The notes under the pieces: model-generated
Told to the model about the DNA's origin: nothing
What the model saw: only the letters and a program-made list of their open reading frames with translations
The model's database searches: none
NCBI GenBank assembly: GCA_947463385.1
Contig: CANHSL010000003.1
Coordinates: 658 to 64,657, forward strand
Source: Flavobacteriales bacterium
GTDB lineage: Bacteria > Bacteroidota > Bacteroidia > Flavobacteriales_D > Crocinitomicaceae
DNA length: 64,000 bases
Direction: 5' to 3'
Translations under genes and position numbers: made by a program
Shown here: one piece after another, positions 40,981 through 52,174 of the stretch
Layout of the letters: the number at the start of each line of letters is the position of its first letter
How positions within the stretch are numbered: position 1 is the stretch's first letter

Positions 40981-42189
40981 CTATGCTTTTTCGCTTGATT
41001 TTATTAAAAATGATGTTGTTATGAATGTGGCGACAAAACCCAGGCTACTCAACAGAACGAGTAATGCGAGCACTTGAAAAACATCAAATTTCGATGGGAA
41101 TGCATTAAGGGTGCCGGGAATCGTAATTAAATGGAGTTGTTCATGAAGAAAAACTAAAAGGGAACCTAAACCTAGGCCCATCAATACACCAAAACCAACA
41201 ATGATTAGTCCTAACACTATAAAGACACGTTTTATATCAACAGCGCTTAAGCCCAAAGAATACATGGTACTGAGTTGAGCCTTTTTCTCTAAAAAAGTCA
41301 TTGTTAACGAGGCAGAAAGATTAAATAGCGACAAAATGAAGACAAATACTAAAATAATCACCACAATAAGTTTTTCTGATTTGCTGGTTTTGAAGATTAA
41401 TTCATTCTTTTCTAAGTTGGTTTTAATCATAAATTGCTTGCCAAACTTGTTATTTAGGGTGGCATTGATGGCCGATCGATTATTGGTGTTAGTCTGGATT
41501 AACAGGCCGCTGACCTCATCATTAAAATACCCTTTTGCAAAACTCAAGGACACTAATAACACCTGATCGTTAACTTCTTTATTATAATCCACAGCACCAA
41601 CAACGGCAATGTTTTGCTGAAAAAAGGGGGATTTTCCAATTCGTATTTTACGGTCTTGACGCGGAATATATAATATGGCGGACTCAGGGGTTAAATCCAT
41701 GGAGCGTAGACCAAGTTTATTGGCCAGCCCTACACCAATCAATGCTTGATTTTCATTGTTCATCAAATTTCCATTAATCAGATGTTCGCGTGTGTACAAC
41801 TTGGCCATTTCATTGAATGAGGGTTCTACTGCCCACAATTCTGCATTTGCCCACTTCTTTTTCTTACGGAGAATTATTCGTTCTTGAATAAATAAACTGG
41901 TGCGTTCTACGCCTTGAAGTTGTTCTGAAAAATATACTAATTGTTTTAACGAGTCTGGATTGATTTTTTTGCTTTCTCTTGGTCGTACTATAATCTCCTG
42001 GTCAAATTCCGTATACAATCCTTCGATCATTCCTTCAATTCCATTAAAGGCAGAGAGTAAAATCACCATGGCGGCGGCAGAAACCAACATACCAAGAACA
42101 GCAATCCAAGAAATTACCGATACGGCAGTTTTTTTTTGTCTTGAAATCAATAAGCGCTTTGCAATAAAAAAAACGGTGCGAAGTTTCAC
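40981..42189 (-). CDS. LolC/E-type (FtsX/MacB family) ABC permease
   Basis: 1 TM, large periplasmic domain, 3 TM; follows rbfA as is usual in Bacteroidota. Confidence 0.85.
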   Translation of the reverse strand: MKLRTVFFIAKRLLISRQKKTAVSVISWIAVLGMLVSAAAMVILLSAFNGIEGMIEGLYTEFDQEIIVRPRESKKINPDSLKQLVYFSEQLQGVERTSLFIQERIILRKKKKWANAELWAVEPSFNEMAKLYTREHLINGNLMNNENQALIGVGLANKLGLRSMDLTPESAILYIPRQDRKIRIGKSPFFQQNIAVVGAVDYNKEVNDQVLLVSLSFAKGYFNDEVSGLLIQTNTNNRSAINATLNNKFGKQFMIKTNLEKNELIFKTSKSEKLIVVIILVFVFILSLFNLSASLTMTFLEKKAQLSTMYSLGLSAVDIKRVFIVLGLIIVGFGVLMGLGLGSLLVFLHEQLHLITIPGTLNAFPSKFDVFQVLALLVLLSSLGFVATFITTSFLIKSSEKA

Positions 42190-42521
42190 TTTTTCAGCAA
42201 CTTGTCTATTTGGTCTGCATAATCCAATGAGTCATCCAAGAAAAATCTTAAACTCGGAATTTTACGCATATTTTTGAGTCGATTTCCAACCTCACGTCTT
42301 ATTAACCCAGTATTCGATTCAATGGATTGCAAAACGCGCTGTGGTTCTTGATGGGCGAAAACACTTAGGTAACATCGAGCTAATGATAAATCAGCCGTAA
42401 CCCGAACTACAGTTACAGATACCATTGCACCTAAGGTAATTTCACTTGCTTTCGTCAAAAGGAAACTTGATAGCTCTTGACGAATGGCGGCCTCTATTTT
42501 TTGCTGTCTTATACTGCTCAT
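42186..42521 (-). CDS. rbfA: Ribosome-binding factor A
   Basis: VTVVRVTADLSLARCYLS, MRKIPSLRFFLDDS. Confidence 0.95.
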   Translation of the reverse strand: MSSIRQQKIEAAIRQELSSFLLTKASEITLGAMVSVTVVRVTADLSLARCYLSVFAHQEPQRVLQSIESNTGLIRREVGNRLKNMRKIPSLRFFLDDSLDYADQIDKLLKK

Positions 42522-42589
42522 TGGGTCAAAGTTACGAATCTTAGCGAGGTCTTTTACCTTGTCTTAACAAAATGTATCTTTGTACTTCC

Positions 42590-44440
42590 TTGAAAGACCT
42601 TAAAGAAATTATCAAGTATACGTTTGTATACAAAGGAATTGCAATACTTGTTGTTGTTTGCAACTTGCTGTTCGTTGTTTTTAATCTGCTTTCGCTGGTA
42701 TTATTTATTCCCGTATTGCAACTTATTTTTAGAGCTCCGGCTGAGCTTCATGTGCCTTCCTACCCAAGCACTCCTGATTCCCTATTAGATGTTGGGACAT
42801 TTCTGAAAGAGTTCTATCAGTTTCACATGGCTTCGTTAGTAAAGCATGACCCAAAATTTGCGCTCATTGTTGTTTGTTTAAGTGTTTTTTTCGCTTTTTT
42901 CCTTAAAAATCTATTTAGATATGGTGCTGTTTGGTTTCAATCGGAATTACGCATGGCCGTTGTGAGAGATGTGCGAAATAAAATTTTTTACAAATCCCTA
43001 ATCTTACCCCTTTCGTTTCATTCAAATGAGCGTCGAGGCGATATAATGGCGCGAATGAATAGTGATGTTGGCGAGATTGAAATCGCTGTAGTTAGCATGC
43101 TTGAACTCGTTTTCCGAGAGCCAATTGCGGTCATTATCAATGTGGTCACCTTAATTCTTTTAAGCCCAGAACTCACCTTGTTCTCGCTGTTTCTCTTGCC
43201 AATTTCTGCCTTAGTTATTTCGCGAATCAACAAAAGCTTGAAAAAAACTGCCAAGCAAGGCCAAGAACAAACAGGCGTTTTATACTCTTCCATTGACGAA
43301 GCACTGAACGGTATTCGAATTATTAAGGCATTCAATGCAATTCAATTTATTAAACAACGCTTTGAAGCTGTAAACCTTCGACATCAACAACTTATTACTA
43401 AAACGTTTAGAAAGAAAGACCTTGCCCCCCTCATTAATGAAACACTAGGCGCGCTCATCATGCTATTACTAGTTTATTTTGGTGGGATCTTGATTCTTGA
43501 CCGTCAAAGCGACGGGCTATCTGGAGAAGTTTTTCTGACCTTTGTAATTGTTTTTTCACAAATGCTTCGCCCGATTCAAGGCATTTCATCCGCACTTGCC
43601 AATTTAGCGAAGGCACGTGTTTCCTTAGATCGAATAAATGAAATTCTCGACCAGGATGTTGTAATTAGGAACGCTGAAGGTGCTATTCACCTAAAAGAAT
43701 TCAAGGACGCAATTCGTTTTGAAATGGTTTCCTTTGCATACAATGCTGAGGCCGTCCTTAAAGATGTTTCGTTTAGTATCAAAAAGGGACAAACGATAGC
43801 TGTCGTTGGGGAGTCTGGAAGCGGAAAGTCTACCTTATTGGATTTAATCCCAAGATTTCACGACCCCTCTTTCGGTAACATCTCTATTGACGGCGTTGAT
43901 TTACGCACAATTGAAATTAATGAGTTGCGACAACTCATTGGTATTGTGGCTCAAGACTCGCTGCTCTTTAATGCGACGATTTTAGAAAACATCGCCTTTG
44001 GGGATGAAAACCCCGACATGGACCGCGCAATCAATGCCGCAAAGAATGCCAATGCGTATGATTTTATTGCCGCGCTAGACGGAGGATTTGCATATAACGT
44101 TGGAGACCGAGGAAATAAACTTTCTGGCGGTCAAAAACAACGCATCAGCATCGCTCGCGCAATGTACAAAAACCCGGAAATCCTCTTACTTGATGAAGCC
44201 ACTTCTGCGTTGGATACGGAATCTGAACGACAAGTACAGCTTGCGCTAGATGCCATAATGAAAGGAAAAACAAGTATAGTAGTGGCGCATCGGTTAAGTA
44301 CTATTATCAACGCAGACATCATCATTGTTTTCAAAAAAGGTGAAATTGTGGAATCGGGTTCACACCATGATCTCATGAGTAAAAAAGGCGAATATGCCCG
44401 CTTTTGTCAACTGCAAGGAATAGGCCTTGAAAATATTTAA
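42590..44440 (+). CDS. MsbA-like ABC transporter (fused permease and ATPase)
   Basis: GESGSGKS, LSGGQKQR, LLLDEATSALD; TTG start after promoter box TATCTTTG (42575-42582). Confidence 0.9.
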   Translation: MKDLKEIIKYTFVYKGIAILVVVCNLLFVVFNLLSLVLFIPVLQLIFRAPAELHVPSYPSTPDSLLDVGTFLKEFYQFHMASLVKHDPKFALIVVCLSVFFAFFLKNLFRYGAVWFQSELRMAVVRDVRNKIFYKSLILPLSFHSNERRGDIMARMNSDVGEIEIAVVSMLELVFREPIAVIINVVTLILLSPELTLFSLFLLPISALVISRINKSLKKTAKQGQEQTGVLYSSIDEALNGIRIIKAFNAIQFIKQRFEAVNLRHQQLITKTFRKKDLAPLINETLGALIMLLLVYFGGILILDRQSDGLSGEVFLTFVIVFSQMLRPIQGISSALANLAKARVSLDRINEILDQDVVIRNAEGAIHLKEFKDAIRFEMVSFAYNAEAVLKDVSFSIKKGQTIAVVGESGSGKSTLLDLIPRFHDPSFGNISIDGVDLRTIEINELRQLIGIVAQDSLLFNATILENIAFGDENPDMDRAINAAKNANAYDFIAALDGGFAYNVGDRGNKLSGGQKQRISIARAMYKNPEILLLDEATSALDTESERQVQLALDAIMKGKTSIVVAHRLSTIINADIIIVFKKGEIVESGSHHDLMSKKGEYARFCQLQGIGLENI

Positions 44441-44493
44441 AAAAAGGCTTAACTTTTACCAACGTTTTTCGTTTTAATTCGTTCAACTATAAC

Positions 44494-46881
44494 ATGAGGT
44501 CTTGGCACATTTTATTGGCTTTAATTTTTCTGCTTAAACTAAACCTTGGCCTGAGTCAGCTTGTTACCGCGAGCGGACAAGCCCCGCAAGGATTAGTTCA
44601 AAATGTGTTGATAGGACCTGGAGTTACTGTCAGTAATATATTATACAATGGAAGTCCAACGGCCATTGGATCATTTACTGCAACCGGAACAAATCTTGGT
44701 ATAGCTCAAGGAATAGTAATGACAACGGGAACAATCATGAACAACGGAGCTGGTCCACAAGGCCCAAACAATGCCGCTTCTTCAGGAACAGATAACAACA
44801 TGCCCGGTTCTGGTATCCTTTCTGGTATAATTCAAGGAACCCAAACGTATAATGCCGCAACGCTTGAATTTGATTTTATACCGTATGCGGACACCGTAAG
44901 ATTCAAATACGTATTTGGTTCTGAAGAATATCCCGAATTTGCCCCACCAAATAATTCAACCTATAATGATGTGTTTGGGTTCTTTATCTCCGGACCCGGA
45001 ATAACTGGATTGCAAAATATTGCCCAGCTTCCAAATGGTGGTGGTGTGGTCTCCATTAATAATGTAAATGCGATTACTAATTCATTGTATTACAATGCCA
45101 ATGGCGATGGAACGATGGCTCCATATAATACGTCCCCAAATTATATTCAATATGACGGATTCACCGATGTACTGGAAGCTGTTTCCGCGGTCCAATGTGG
45201 GCAAACATACCATTTAATCCTTGCCATTGCGGACGTTGGTGATGGTTCTTGGGACTCCGGGATTTTTTTAGAAGCTAACAGTTTAAGCTCTAAAACGCCT
45301 GTAGATGTTAGCTCTTCTATTTCTCAACAAGTATTCCCTAATCCAGATTGGATGGCTGAAGGCTGTGTTTCAGCTACGGTTACGGTAACACGTCAGAACA
45401 ATATTAATAGCCCGCTTTCCATTCCATTAAGCGTGAGTGGTTCGGCAACACAAGGGGTTGATTATTCAGGAATTCCAAATGCTGTAAATTTTAGTCCCGG
45501 CCAGGCTATTTACACGTTTCAAATCAATGTAAATGCGGATAATTTCGCGGAAGGACTCGAGACCATAGTTCTCAATTTCAATGTGGCTGACCCCTGCGGT
45601 AATGTTACCCCAATTCCATTAACCTTGTATATCCAAGATGTTCCGCCTTTAACACTTAGCCTAAACGACACCACGTTGTTGTGTCCGAACCAACCCATTA
45701 GCTTAACCGCAGTAATTAGTGGGGGGGTTCAGCCATATACATATCTTTGGAGCACTGGGGCAACTACGGCAGCCATTTCATTTACTCCACAATCGTCGCA
45801 AACCATTTATGTTCAGGTTACCGATAATTGCACCGGACTAACCCTTACTGATTCAGCCTTGGTGAGTGTACCTGTCTTTCCGCCGCTTTCCATTTTGCTT
45901 TCGCCCGATGTTACCGAAATTTGCCCCTATCTTTCTCACACCTTCTACAGTACAGTTAATGGTGGAAATGGAAATTATACCTATGCCTGGAGAACCCTTG
46001 GCTCAAATTCGGTCCTATCAACCTCGGATAGCCTAAACGTTACGCCAAGCAGCACCAACAGTTACGTGTTTACCGTAACAGACGGGTGCGGAAATATTGC
46101 CCGTGATACCGTTACGTACACCATTACGAGTCCCCCACTCCTATTGAGTATGACGCCAACACAATATATCTGTCCGGGAGATAGTGCCTTTGTAAGTGTG
46201 ATTGCAAGTGGTGGTTATGGAAACTACTACTATCTCTGGCCATCGAACGGGGCAACAACTCCTGGGATTTGGGTTTACCCAGGCAGCACCAACAGCTATC
46301 AAGTCTTGGTGTCTGATGAATGTCAATCGTTCAATGTGAGTGGATTCAGTCAGGTTCAGATTGTTAAACCTGTAGCAGACTTCACAATATTAACCACAGA
46401 TCCAACGGAGAATTTACCAACCTCGTTTTATAACCTGACACAAAATGGCTTTGGATACCAATGGTTTTTTGGGGATGGCAGTGGTTCATACGAAGTTCAT
46501 CCAACGCACACCTTTTCTCCATATGGGGAATATCTAATTACTTTAATTGCTACGGACATGAATGGCTGCGTTGATAGCATTACCAAACCGATTTATATTC
46601 AAGAGGAATTCTATATTTATATTCCCAATACATTTTTACCGGATGAAAACCGAATTAACGATGTGTTTTCCGGTAGTTTTATTGGCGTAGAATGGATAAA
46701 CATTGAGGTGTTTAATCGTTGGGGAGAGCGCTTGTTTTTCTCCGATCAACTAGATTTTAAGTGGGATGGAATATATAACGGCACAAAAGTTCCTGACGGC
46801 GTGTACACCTGGAAACTTATCTATCGAAGAAATAGAATGCAAGAACAACAACTGACGGGGCACGTAACCGTGATAAAATAG
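44494..46881 (+). CDS. T9SS-secreted surface protein: choice-of-anchor L-like domain, Ig-like repeats, PKD, type B (gliding motility-associated) CTD
   Basis: YVFGSEEYPE..NDVFGFFISGPG..YDGFT..DSGIFL; WFFGDG PKD; YIPNTF..FNRWGE..WDG..GVY..GHVTVIK. Confidence 0.85.
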   Translation: MRSWHILLALIFLLKLNLGLSQLVTASGQAPQGLVQNVLIGPGVTVSNILYNGSPTAIGSFTATGTNLGIAQGIVMTTGTIMNNGAGPQGPNNAASSGTDNNMPGSGILSGIIQGTQTYNAATLEFDFIPYADTVRFKYVFGSEEYPEFAPPNNSTYNDVFGFFISGPGITGLQNIAQLPNGGGVVSINNVNAITNSLYYNANGDGTMAPYNTSPNYIQYDGFTDVLEAVSAVQCGQTYHLILAIADVGDGSWDSGIFLEANSLSSKTPVDVSSSISQQVFPNPDWMAEGCVSATVTVTRQNNINSPLSIPLSVSGSATQGVDYSGIPNAVNFSPGQAIYTFQINVNADNFAEGLETIVLNFNVADPCGNVTPIPLTLYIQDVPPLTLSLNDTTLLCPNQPISLTAVISGGVQPYTYLWSTGATTAAISFTPQSSQTIYVQVTDNCTGLTLTDSALVSVPVFPPLSILLSPDVTEICPYLSHTFYSTVNGGNGNYTYAWRTLGSNSVLSTSDSLNVTPSSTNSYVFTVTDGCGNIARDTVTYTITSPPLLLSMTPTQYICPGDSAFVSVIASGGYGNYYYLWPSNGATTPGIWVYPGSTNSYQVLVSDECQSFNVSGFSQVQIVKPVADFTILTTDPTENLPTSFYNLTQNGFGYQWFFGDGSGSYEVHPTHTFSPYGEYLITLIATDMNGCVDSITKPIYIQEEFYIYIPNTFLPDENRINDVFSGSFIGVEWINIEVFNRWGERLFFSDQLDFKWDGIYNGTKVPDGVYTWKLIYRRNRMQEQQLTGHVTVIK

Positions 46882-46929
46882 TGGAATTCTCCCAAGAATA
46901 TCAAGAGTTATTGTAACTTCGCAAACACT

Positions 46930-48726
46930 ATGAAGAACATTCGTAATTTTTGCATCATTGCCCATATTGATCACGGGAAAAGCACCCTTGCTGACCGATT
47001 ATTACAAGCAACCAACACCATTTCTGATCGGGAAATGAAAGACCAAGCGTTGGATGATATGGACCTTGAGCGTGAGCGTGGTATAACCATAAAAAGCCAT
47101 GCGATTCAAATGAATTATCAGCACAATGGAGAAGATTACGTCTTAAATTTAATTGATACCCCAGGACACGTAGACTTTTCATATGAGGTTTCTCGTTCCA
47201 TTGCCGCATGCGAAGGCGCATTACTTATTGTTGATGCAACCCAAGGAATTGAAGCACAAACCATTTCTAATTTATATTTAGCATTAGAACATGATTTGGA
47301 AATAATTCCCATTTTAAATAAAATGGATCTTCCGAGCGCTATGCCTGAGGAGGTTTCAGATCAAATTATTGAGTTAATTGGGTGCAAACCAGAAGAAATT
47401 ATACCTGCTTCTGGAAAAACCGGATTGGGCGTTGATCAGATTCTAGATGCCGTTATCAATCGGATTCCCTGCCCAAAAGGCGACGAAGACGCGCCATTAC
47501 AGGCAATGATTTTCGATTCAGTATTTAACTCCTTTCGAGGAATTATTGCATATTATCGAGTCAGAAATGGCGTAATTAAAAAGGGGCAAAAAGTACGCTT
47601 CTTTAATACTGGGAAAGATTATAACGCCGATGAAATTGGGATTCTTAAAATGGATCTTGTACCCAAAAAAGAAGTGAGAGCTGGAGATGTGGGATATATA
47701 ATATCCGGAATAAAAGCAGCAAACGAAGTAAAGGTTGGAGATACCATTACTACGGCAGAACGTCCGTGTGATGCAGCAATCAAAGGGTTTGAAGATGTTA
47801 AACCTATGGTATTTGCTGGAATATATCCTGTGGATAATGAAGATTACGAAGAGCTTCGGTACTCCATGGAGAAACTGCAATTAAATGATTCTTCCCTTGT
47901 TTTTGAACCCGAATCATCCGCTGCTTTAGGCTTTGGATTTCGTTGTGGATTTTTAGGGATGCTTCACATGGAAATCATCCAAGAACGTCTTGAACGGGAA
48001 TTCAACATGACCGTTATTACCACGGTTCCCAACGTATCCTATCACACCTATATGAAACGGGATGTAGAGGCTAGACTCATCGTTAACAACCCGTCTGAAT
48101 TACCTGATCCAGCAGGAGTAGATCGTATTGAAGAACCCTATATAAAAGCACAAGTCATTACCAAATCAGAATTTGTTGGTTCTATAATGACCTTGTGTAT
48201 TGAAAAGCGGGGTGAACTAAAGAATCAAGTGTATCTCACACAAGACCGTGTTGAAATCACCTTTGAAATGCCTCTAGCGGAAATTGTATTTGATTTTTAC
48301 GACCGCTTAAAAACGGTATCAAAAGGCTACGCCTCGTTTGATTATCATCCGATTGGATACAAAGAATCTGATCTAGTTAAAATGGACTTGCTACTCAATG
48401 GCGAACAAGTAGATGCCTTATCTGCATTAGTACACCGTAGCAATGCCTTTGACTTAGGTAAAAAAATCTGCATTAAACTGCGTGAGTTAATCCCTAGGCA
48501 ACAATTTGAAATCCCTATACAAGCGGCAATTGGAGCGAAAGTCATTGCCCGAGAGACCATCAAAGCGCTTAGAAAAGACGTTACCGCCAAATGTTATGGT
48601 GGTGATATCACGAGAAAACGAAAATTATTAGAGAAACAAAAAGCAGGTAAGAAACGTATGCGACAAGTAGGTCGAGTTGAGGTACCTCAAGAAGCCTTTC
48701 TTGCCGTATTAAAATTAAACGATTAA
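46930..48726 (+). CDS. lepA: Elongation factor 4
   Basis: [38 protein letters not shown]. Confidence 0.98.
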   Translation: MKNIRNFCIIAHIDHGKSTLADRLLQATNTISDREMKDQALDDMDLERERGITIKSHAIQMNYQHNGEDYVLNLIDTPGHVDFSYEVSRSIAACEGALLIVDATQGIEAQTISNLYLALEHDLEIIPILNKMDLPSAMPEEVSDQIIELIGCKPEEIIPASGKTGLGVDQILDAVINRIPCPKGDEDAPLQAMIFDSVFNSFRGIIAYYRVRNGVIKKGQKVRFFNTGKDYNADEIGILKMDLVPKKEVRAGDVGYIISGIKAANEVKVGDTITTAERPCDAAIKGFEDVKPMVFAGIYPVDNEDYEELRYSMEKLQLNDSSLVFEPESSAALGFGFRCGFLGMLHMEIIQERLEREFNMTVITTVPNVSYHTYMKRDVEARLIVNNPSELPDPAGVDRIEEPYIKAQVITKSEFVGSIMTLCIEKRGELKNQVYLTQDRVEITFEMPLAEIVFDFYDRLKTVSKGYASFDYHPIGYKESDLVKMDLLLNGEQVDALSALVHRSNAFDLGKKICIKLRELIPRQQFEIPIQAAIGAKVIARETIKALRKDVTAKCYGGDITRKRKLLEKQKAGKKRMRQVGRVEVPQEAFLAVLKLND

Positions 48727-48736
48727 TTTAGAATTT

Positions 48737-49168
48737 ATGTACGAAATACTAAAACACACGCACTCTGGGCTACGATGGGTTGCCCTTATTTTAATCTTAT
48801 TGGCTATTTATAATTCGATTACCGCGAAAGAATTTGGAAAACGACAGAAGCTGATTAACCTTTTCTCTATGGTTAGCCTTCATACTCAGTTGATTTTGGG
48901 ATTAGTATTGTATTTTATTTCTCCACGTGTTCGGTTTTACCAAGGCTGGATGAAGGATGCCGCAGACCGTTTCTATGGAATGGAACATTTAGCCGGAATG
49001 CTCATCGCAATTGCGCTAATTACAGTTGGATATGTAAAATCTAAAAAGGGCACTACCCCTGCAGAGATTTACAAACCGATTAAACTGTTTTATATTATTG
49101 GATTGATTTTAATTCTTGCAAGTATTCCATGGCCATTTCGAGCAAATTTGGGTGGGGGCTGGTTCTAA
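48737..49168 (+). CDS. 4-TM membrane protein with His residues in TM segments (cytochrome b-like)
   Basis: HSGLRW, HTQLILG, EHLAGM, IPWPF. Confidence 0.7.
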   Translation: MYEILKHTHSGLRWVALILILLAIYNSITAKEFGKRQKLINLFSMVSLHTQLILGLVLYFISPRVRFYQGWMKDAADRFYGMEHLAGMLIAIALITVGYVKSKKGTTPAEIYKPIKLFYIIGLILILASIPWPFRANLGGGWF

Positions 49169-49461
49169 CAACAAGCCTTTTGCTTGCTTGTAACGAATCT
49201 GATCCTTCTGTTGAATCCTCATCCTCATCTGTACCCTCAGGTGAAGAATTATATGCATTGCATTGTGCCAGTTGTCATGGAGAATCCGGTGATTTAGGGG
49301 TGTCTGGCGCAAAAAATTTGAAAACAACCGCATTGAGCATTTCAGAAATCAAACACATTATCAAAACAGGAAAGAATGCTATGCCCTCTTTTCGTGGTGT
49401 ACTTGGCTCAGATAGCCACATTGACTCTGTAAGCCGTTACGTAACTACCTTGCATAAATAA
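49129..49461 (+). CDS. Monoheme class I cytochrome c, lipoprotein
   Basis: Lipobox LLAC, CASCH, distal GKNAMP. Confidence 0.88.
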   Translation: MAISSKFGWGLVLTTSLLLACNESDPSVESSSSSVPSGEELYALHCASCHGESGDLGVSGAKNLKTTALSISEIKHIIKTGKNAMPSFRGVLGSDSHIDSVSRYVTTLHK

Positions 49462-50612
49462 TGGCACACGCAACCATTGATGAAATTGAAGAGCGTTGCT
49501 TGTTAGTCGCCGTAATTCATGGGGGTATTGACGAGCGATTGGCACACGAGTACTTGGATGAACTCGCATTCCTAGCTGAAACAGCTGGTGCTCGGGCAGA
49601 ATTTGCTTTTACGCAGAAGTTACCTTTTCCGAACCCAAGGACCTACGTTGGGGAAGGGAAATTGCAAGAGATTAAAGTGTATGCCGATACACATAACATT
49701 GATGCCATCATTTTCGATGATGAATTAAGTCCATCACAAATTAGAAACATCGAACGAGAACTTAACCGAAAAATCATTGATCGAAGCATTCTAATCTTAG
49801 ATATTTTCGCCAAACGAGCACGCACCTTCCACGCTAAAACGCAAGTAGAGTTGGCCCAATTACAATACATGCTTCCGCGATTAACTCGGATGTGGACACA
49901 CCTTGAACGACAAAAAGGAGGGATAGGAATGCGTGGACCGGGTGAATCTCAAATTGAGACCGACCGTAGGATTATTCAACAGCGCATTGCCTTAATGAAG
50001 GAGCGCTTGAAAGAAATAGACAAGCAAATGACCATTCAGCGAGGTAACCGCGGACAACTGGTTAGAGTAGCTTTAGTTGGATATACTAACGTAGGCAAAA
50101 GCACCTTAATGAACTTGATTTCGAAATCCGAAGTTTTTGCTGAAAATAAACTATTTGCCACACTTGATACGACGGTGAGAAAGGTGGTAATTGACAATCT
50201 ACCATTCTTACTTACAGACACCGTAGGATTTATTCGGAAGCTCCCTAAACAATTACTGGAGTCTTTTAAGTCTACGTTAGATGAAGTCCGCGAAGCAGAT
50301 TTATTGGTGCATGTATTGGATTTGTCGCATCCAAATTTTGAAGATCATTTTGAAACCGTTAATACAACCTTACAAGAAATTGACAAGGAAGAGAAACCGA
50401 CCATCATTGTATTTAATAAAATTGATTCATTAAGTGAAGAGGTTTCTTTGGATGAATTAAAGCGAACGTGGATGGCTCGTTTGGGTGGTCGTCCATGTAT
50501 TTTTATTTCCGCCGTTGACAAAACGAATATTGATGAATTAAAGCAGGTGCTTTATCATGAAGTGCAACGCATTTTCAAAATACGCTACCCGTACAACGAT
50601 TTCCTTTATTAA
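49461..50612 (+). CDS. hflX: GTPase HflX
   Basis: GPGESQIETDRR, GYTNVGKS, DTVGF, NKID. Confidence 0.97.
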   Translation: MAHATIDEIEERCLLVAVIHGGIDERLAHEYLDELAFLAETAGARAEFAFTQKLPFPNPRTYVGEGKLQEIKVYADTHNIDAIIFDDELSPSQIRNIERELNRKIIDRSILILDIFAKRARTFHAKTQVELAQLQYMLPRLTRMWTHLERQKGGIGMRGPGESQIETDRRIIQQRIALMKERLKEIDKQMTIQRGNRGQLVRVALVGYTNVGKSTLMNLISKSEVFAENKLFATLDTTVRKVVIDNLPFLLTDTVGFIRKLPKQLLESFKSTLDEVREADLLVHVLDLSHPNFEDHFETVNTTLQEIDKEEKPTIIVFNKIDSLSEEVSLDELKRTWMARLGGRPCIFISAVDKTNIDELKQVLYHEVQRIFKIRYPYNDFLY

Positions 50613-50622
50613 GTAGCAGCAC

Positions 50623-50647
50623 AAAAAAAGGGGCCGAAGCCCCTTTT
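50623..50647. terminator. Bidirectional intrinsic terminator
   Basis: AAAAGGGGC-CGAA-GCCCCTTTT between convergent genes. Confidence 0.88.
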
Positions 50648-50666
50648 CTTAAAATTCAATCATTTC

Positions 50667-52130
50667 TTATCGAACAACAACTGATTTAGTAGATGTAAAT
50701 CCGTTAGAAGCAATACGAACGATGTAGTTTCCTTTTGCCATGTTTTCTGTAGCGAAAGTTACCACTTGAGCACCATTTACGTTGCTTACTATTTGAGAAG
50801 CAATTACACGTCCTTGGATATCTAATACATCAACACTGTAATCAGCGTTCGCCGCTTCAAATGAAACATTGATTGCATCAGAAGCAGGGTTAGGATACAC
50901 ATTCATTGATGCAAAGTTCTCTTCGTTGATTCCAAGTGCTCCAGTTTTAAATGGTTTCTTTTCAGAATCACCAAATTCACTTCCACTTAACAAGGTAGCT
51001 CCTGTAGCATCAGTCACTGAATATGCACCATTTCCGTATTGACAGCAAATTCCATCACCATACGCATCAACAATTTCGAAATCATAACATTGGTTAGCAC
51101 TTAAGGTTACTTGTACTGGCGTTTGAACAGTTTGACCTGCTTGTTGTCCAGTTAAATCTGGCCAGTTACCACCACCTGAAGCTACTGTTGTTCCAGAGGC
51201 ATTTTTGATCGTCCAAGAAGTTTCAGAAGCGTAGTAATCGGTTGTAATGTTTACTGTTACATACTGAGAAGCCGCAATTAATGCTGTCGCGATGGTTGCG
51301 TTCACGTTATTGTTTGCTGCAGAAGCATCTCCAGTTGTTGTAACCGCTACCGTTAGTGCTCCACCAGTAAAGTTAGCAATTGGGGTACAAGATACGTTTG
51401 CTGTAGCATAAGTAGCTAAGCTACCAGAATATGTTCCAGTTGAAACGGTATTTCCACCTTGAGTAATGGTTACAGTAGCCGCTGTTAATGGCGAAGTACC
51501 ATTGTTCTGAATTTGAACAGACGGTGTATATGAACCTTCACAATGTGTTAAACTTCCTAGGTAAGAAAGCGCAGCAACATCTGCAGGATTCGATGCAGGA
51601 GGAGGACACTGACCTAACAATGAAGTTAAGTTAGCTACCGTTCCGATTGCTCCAGCAACACCTGATGCAACGATCACGCGGTTAGGACAAATCACATACA
51701 TTTCAGGGTAATAATCAATGGTCATTCCTGAATTCTCAAATGAAGCTTGGTTTGCTAGGTCTATAATTGGCATATTTTCTCCAGTCACCCAGTCACCTTG
51801 CGTGTTTGCTCCTGTACCATTTAAATCATTCGCATTTGTTTGCGGGTCTCCTTCAACGAAAAACACCATGGCTTGATTTGTTCCTGATGGTCCAAACTGA
51901 TTGTAGAAGTTGTTTAATGCACCTGTTCCGTGGTATGACCAACATGGCCCACACCAAGTAGCAGAAACATCAATAACTACCATTTTACCTTGGTCAAGGT
52001 AATTGAATAAAGAATGAGAGTTTCCGTTGATGTCAGTCAACGTGAAATTACTCACTACGGTACCAACTGGGGTCTGAGCATAAGCCGCAGCACCAGTAAG
52101 TACAGCTAAAGAGAATAACAATTTTTTCAT
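50667..52130 (-). CDS. T9SS-secreted protein with N-terminal thioredoxin-like (WCGPC) domain, CARDB-like domain and type A CTD
   Basis: FTLTDING..SATWCGPC; D..AANN; DAYGDGICC; VYPNPA CTD. Confidence 0.85.
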   Translation of the reverse strand: MKKLLFSLAVLTGAAAYAQTPVGTVVSNFTLTDINGNSHSLFNYLDQGKMVVIDVSATWCGPCWSYHGTGALNNFYNQFGPSGTNQAMVFFVEGDPQTNANDLNGTGANTQGDWVTGENMPIIDLANQASFENSGMTIDYYPEMYVICPNRVIVASGVAGAIGTVANLTSLLGQCPPPASNPADVAALSYLGSLTHCEGSYTPSVQIQNNGTSPLTAATVTITQGGNTVSTGTYSGSLATYATANVSCTPIANFTGGALTVAVTTTGDASAANNNVNATIATALIAASQYVTVNITTDYYASETSWTIKNASGTTVASGGGNWPDLTGQQAGQTVQTPVQVTLSANQCYDFEIVDAYGDGICCQYGNGAYSVTDATGATLLSGSEFGDSEKKPFKTGALGINEENFASMNVYPNPASDAINVSFEAANADYSVDVLDIQGRVIASQIVSNVNGAQVVTFATENMAKGNYIVRIASNGFTSTKSVVVR

Positions 52131-52174
52131 CGTGTAAATTTTAAGTTTGCGTAAATTTAATGTTTCTTTCCGAA

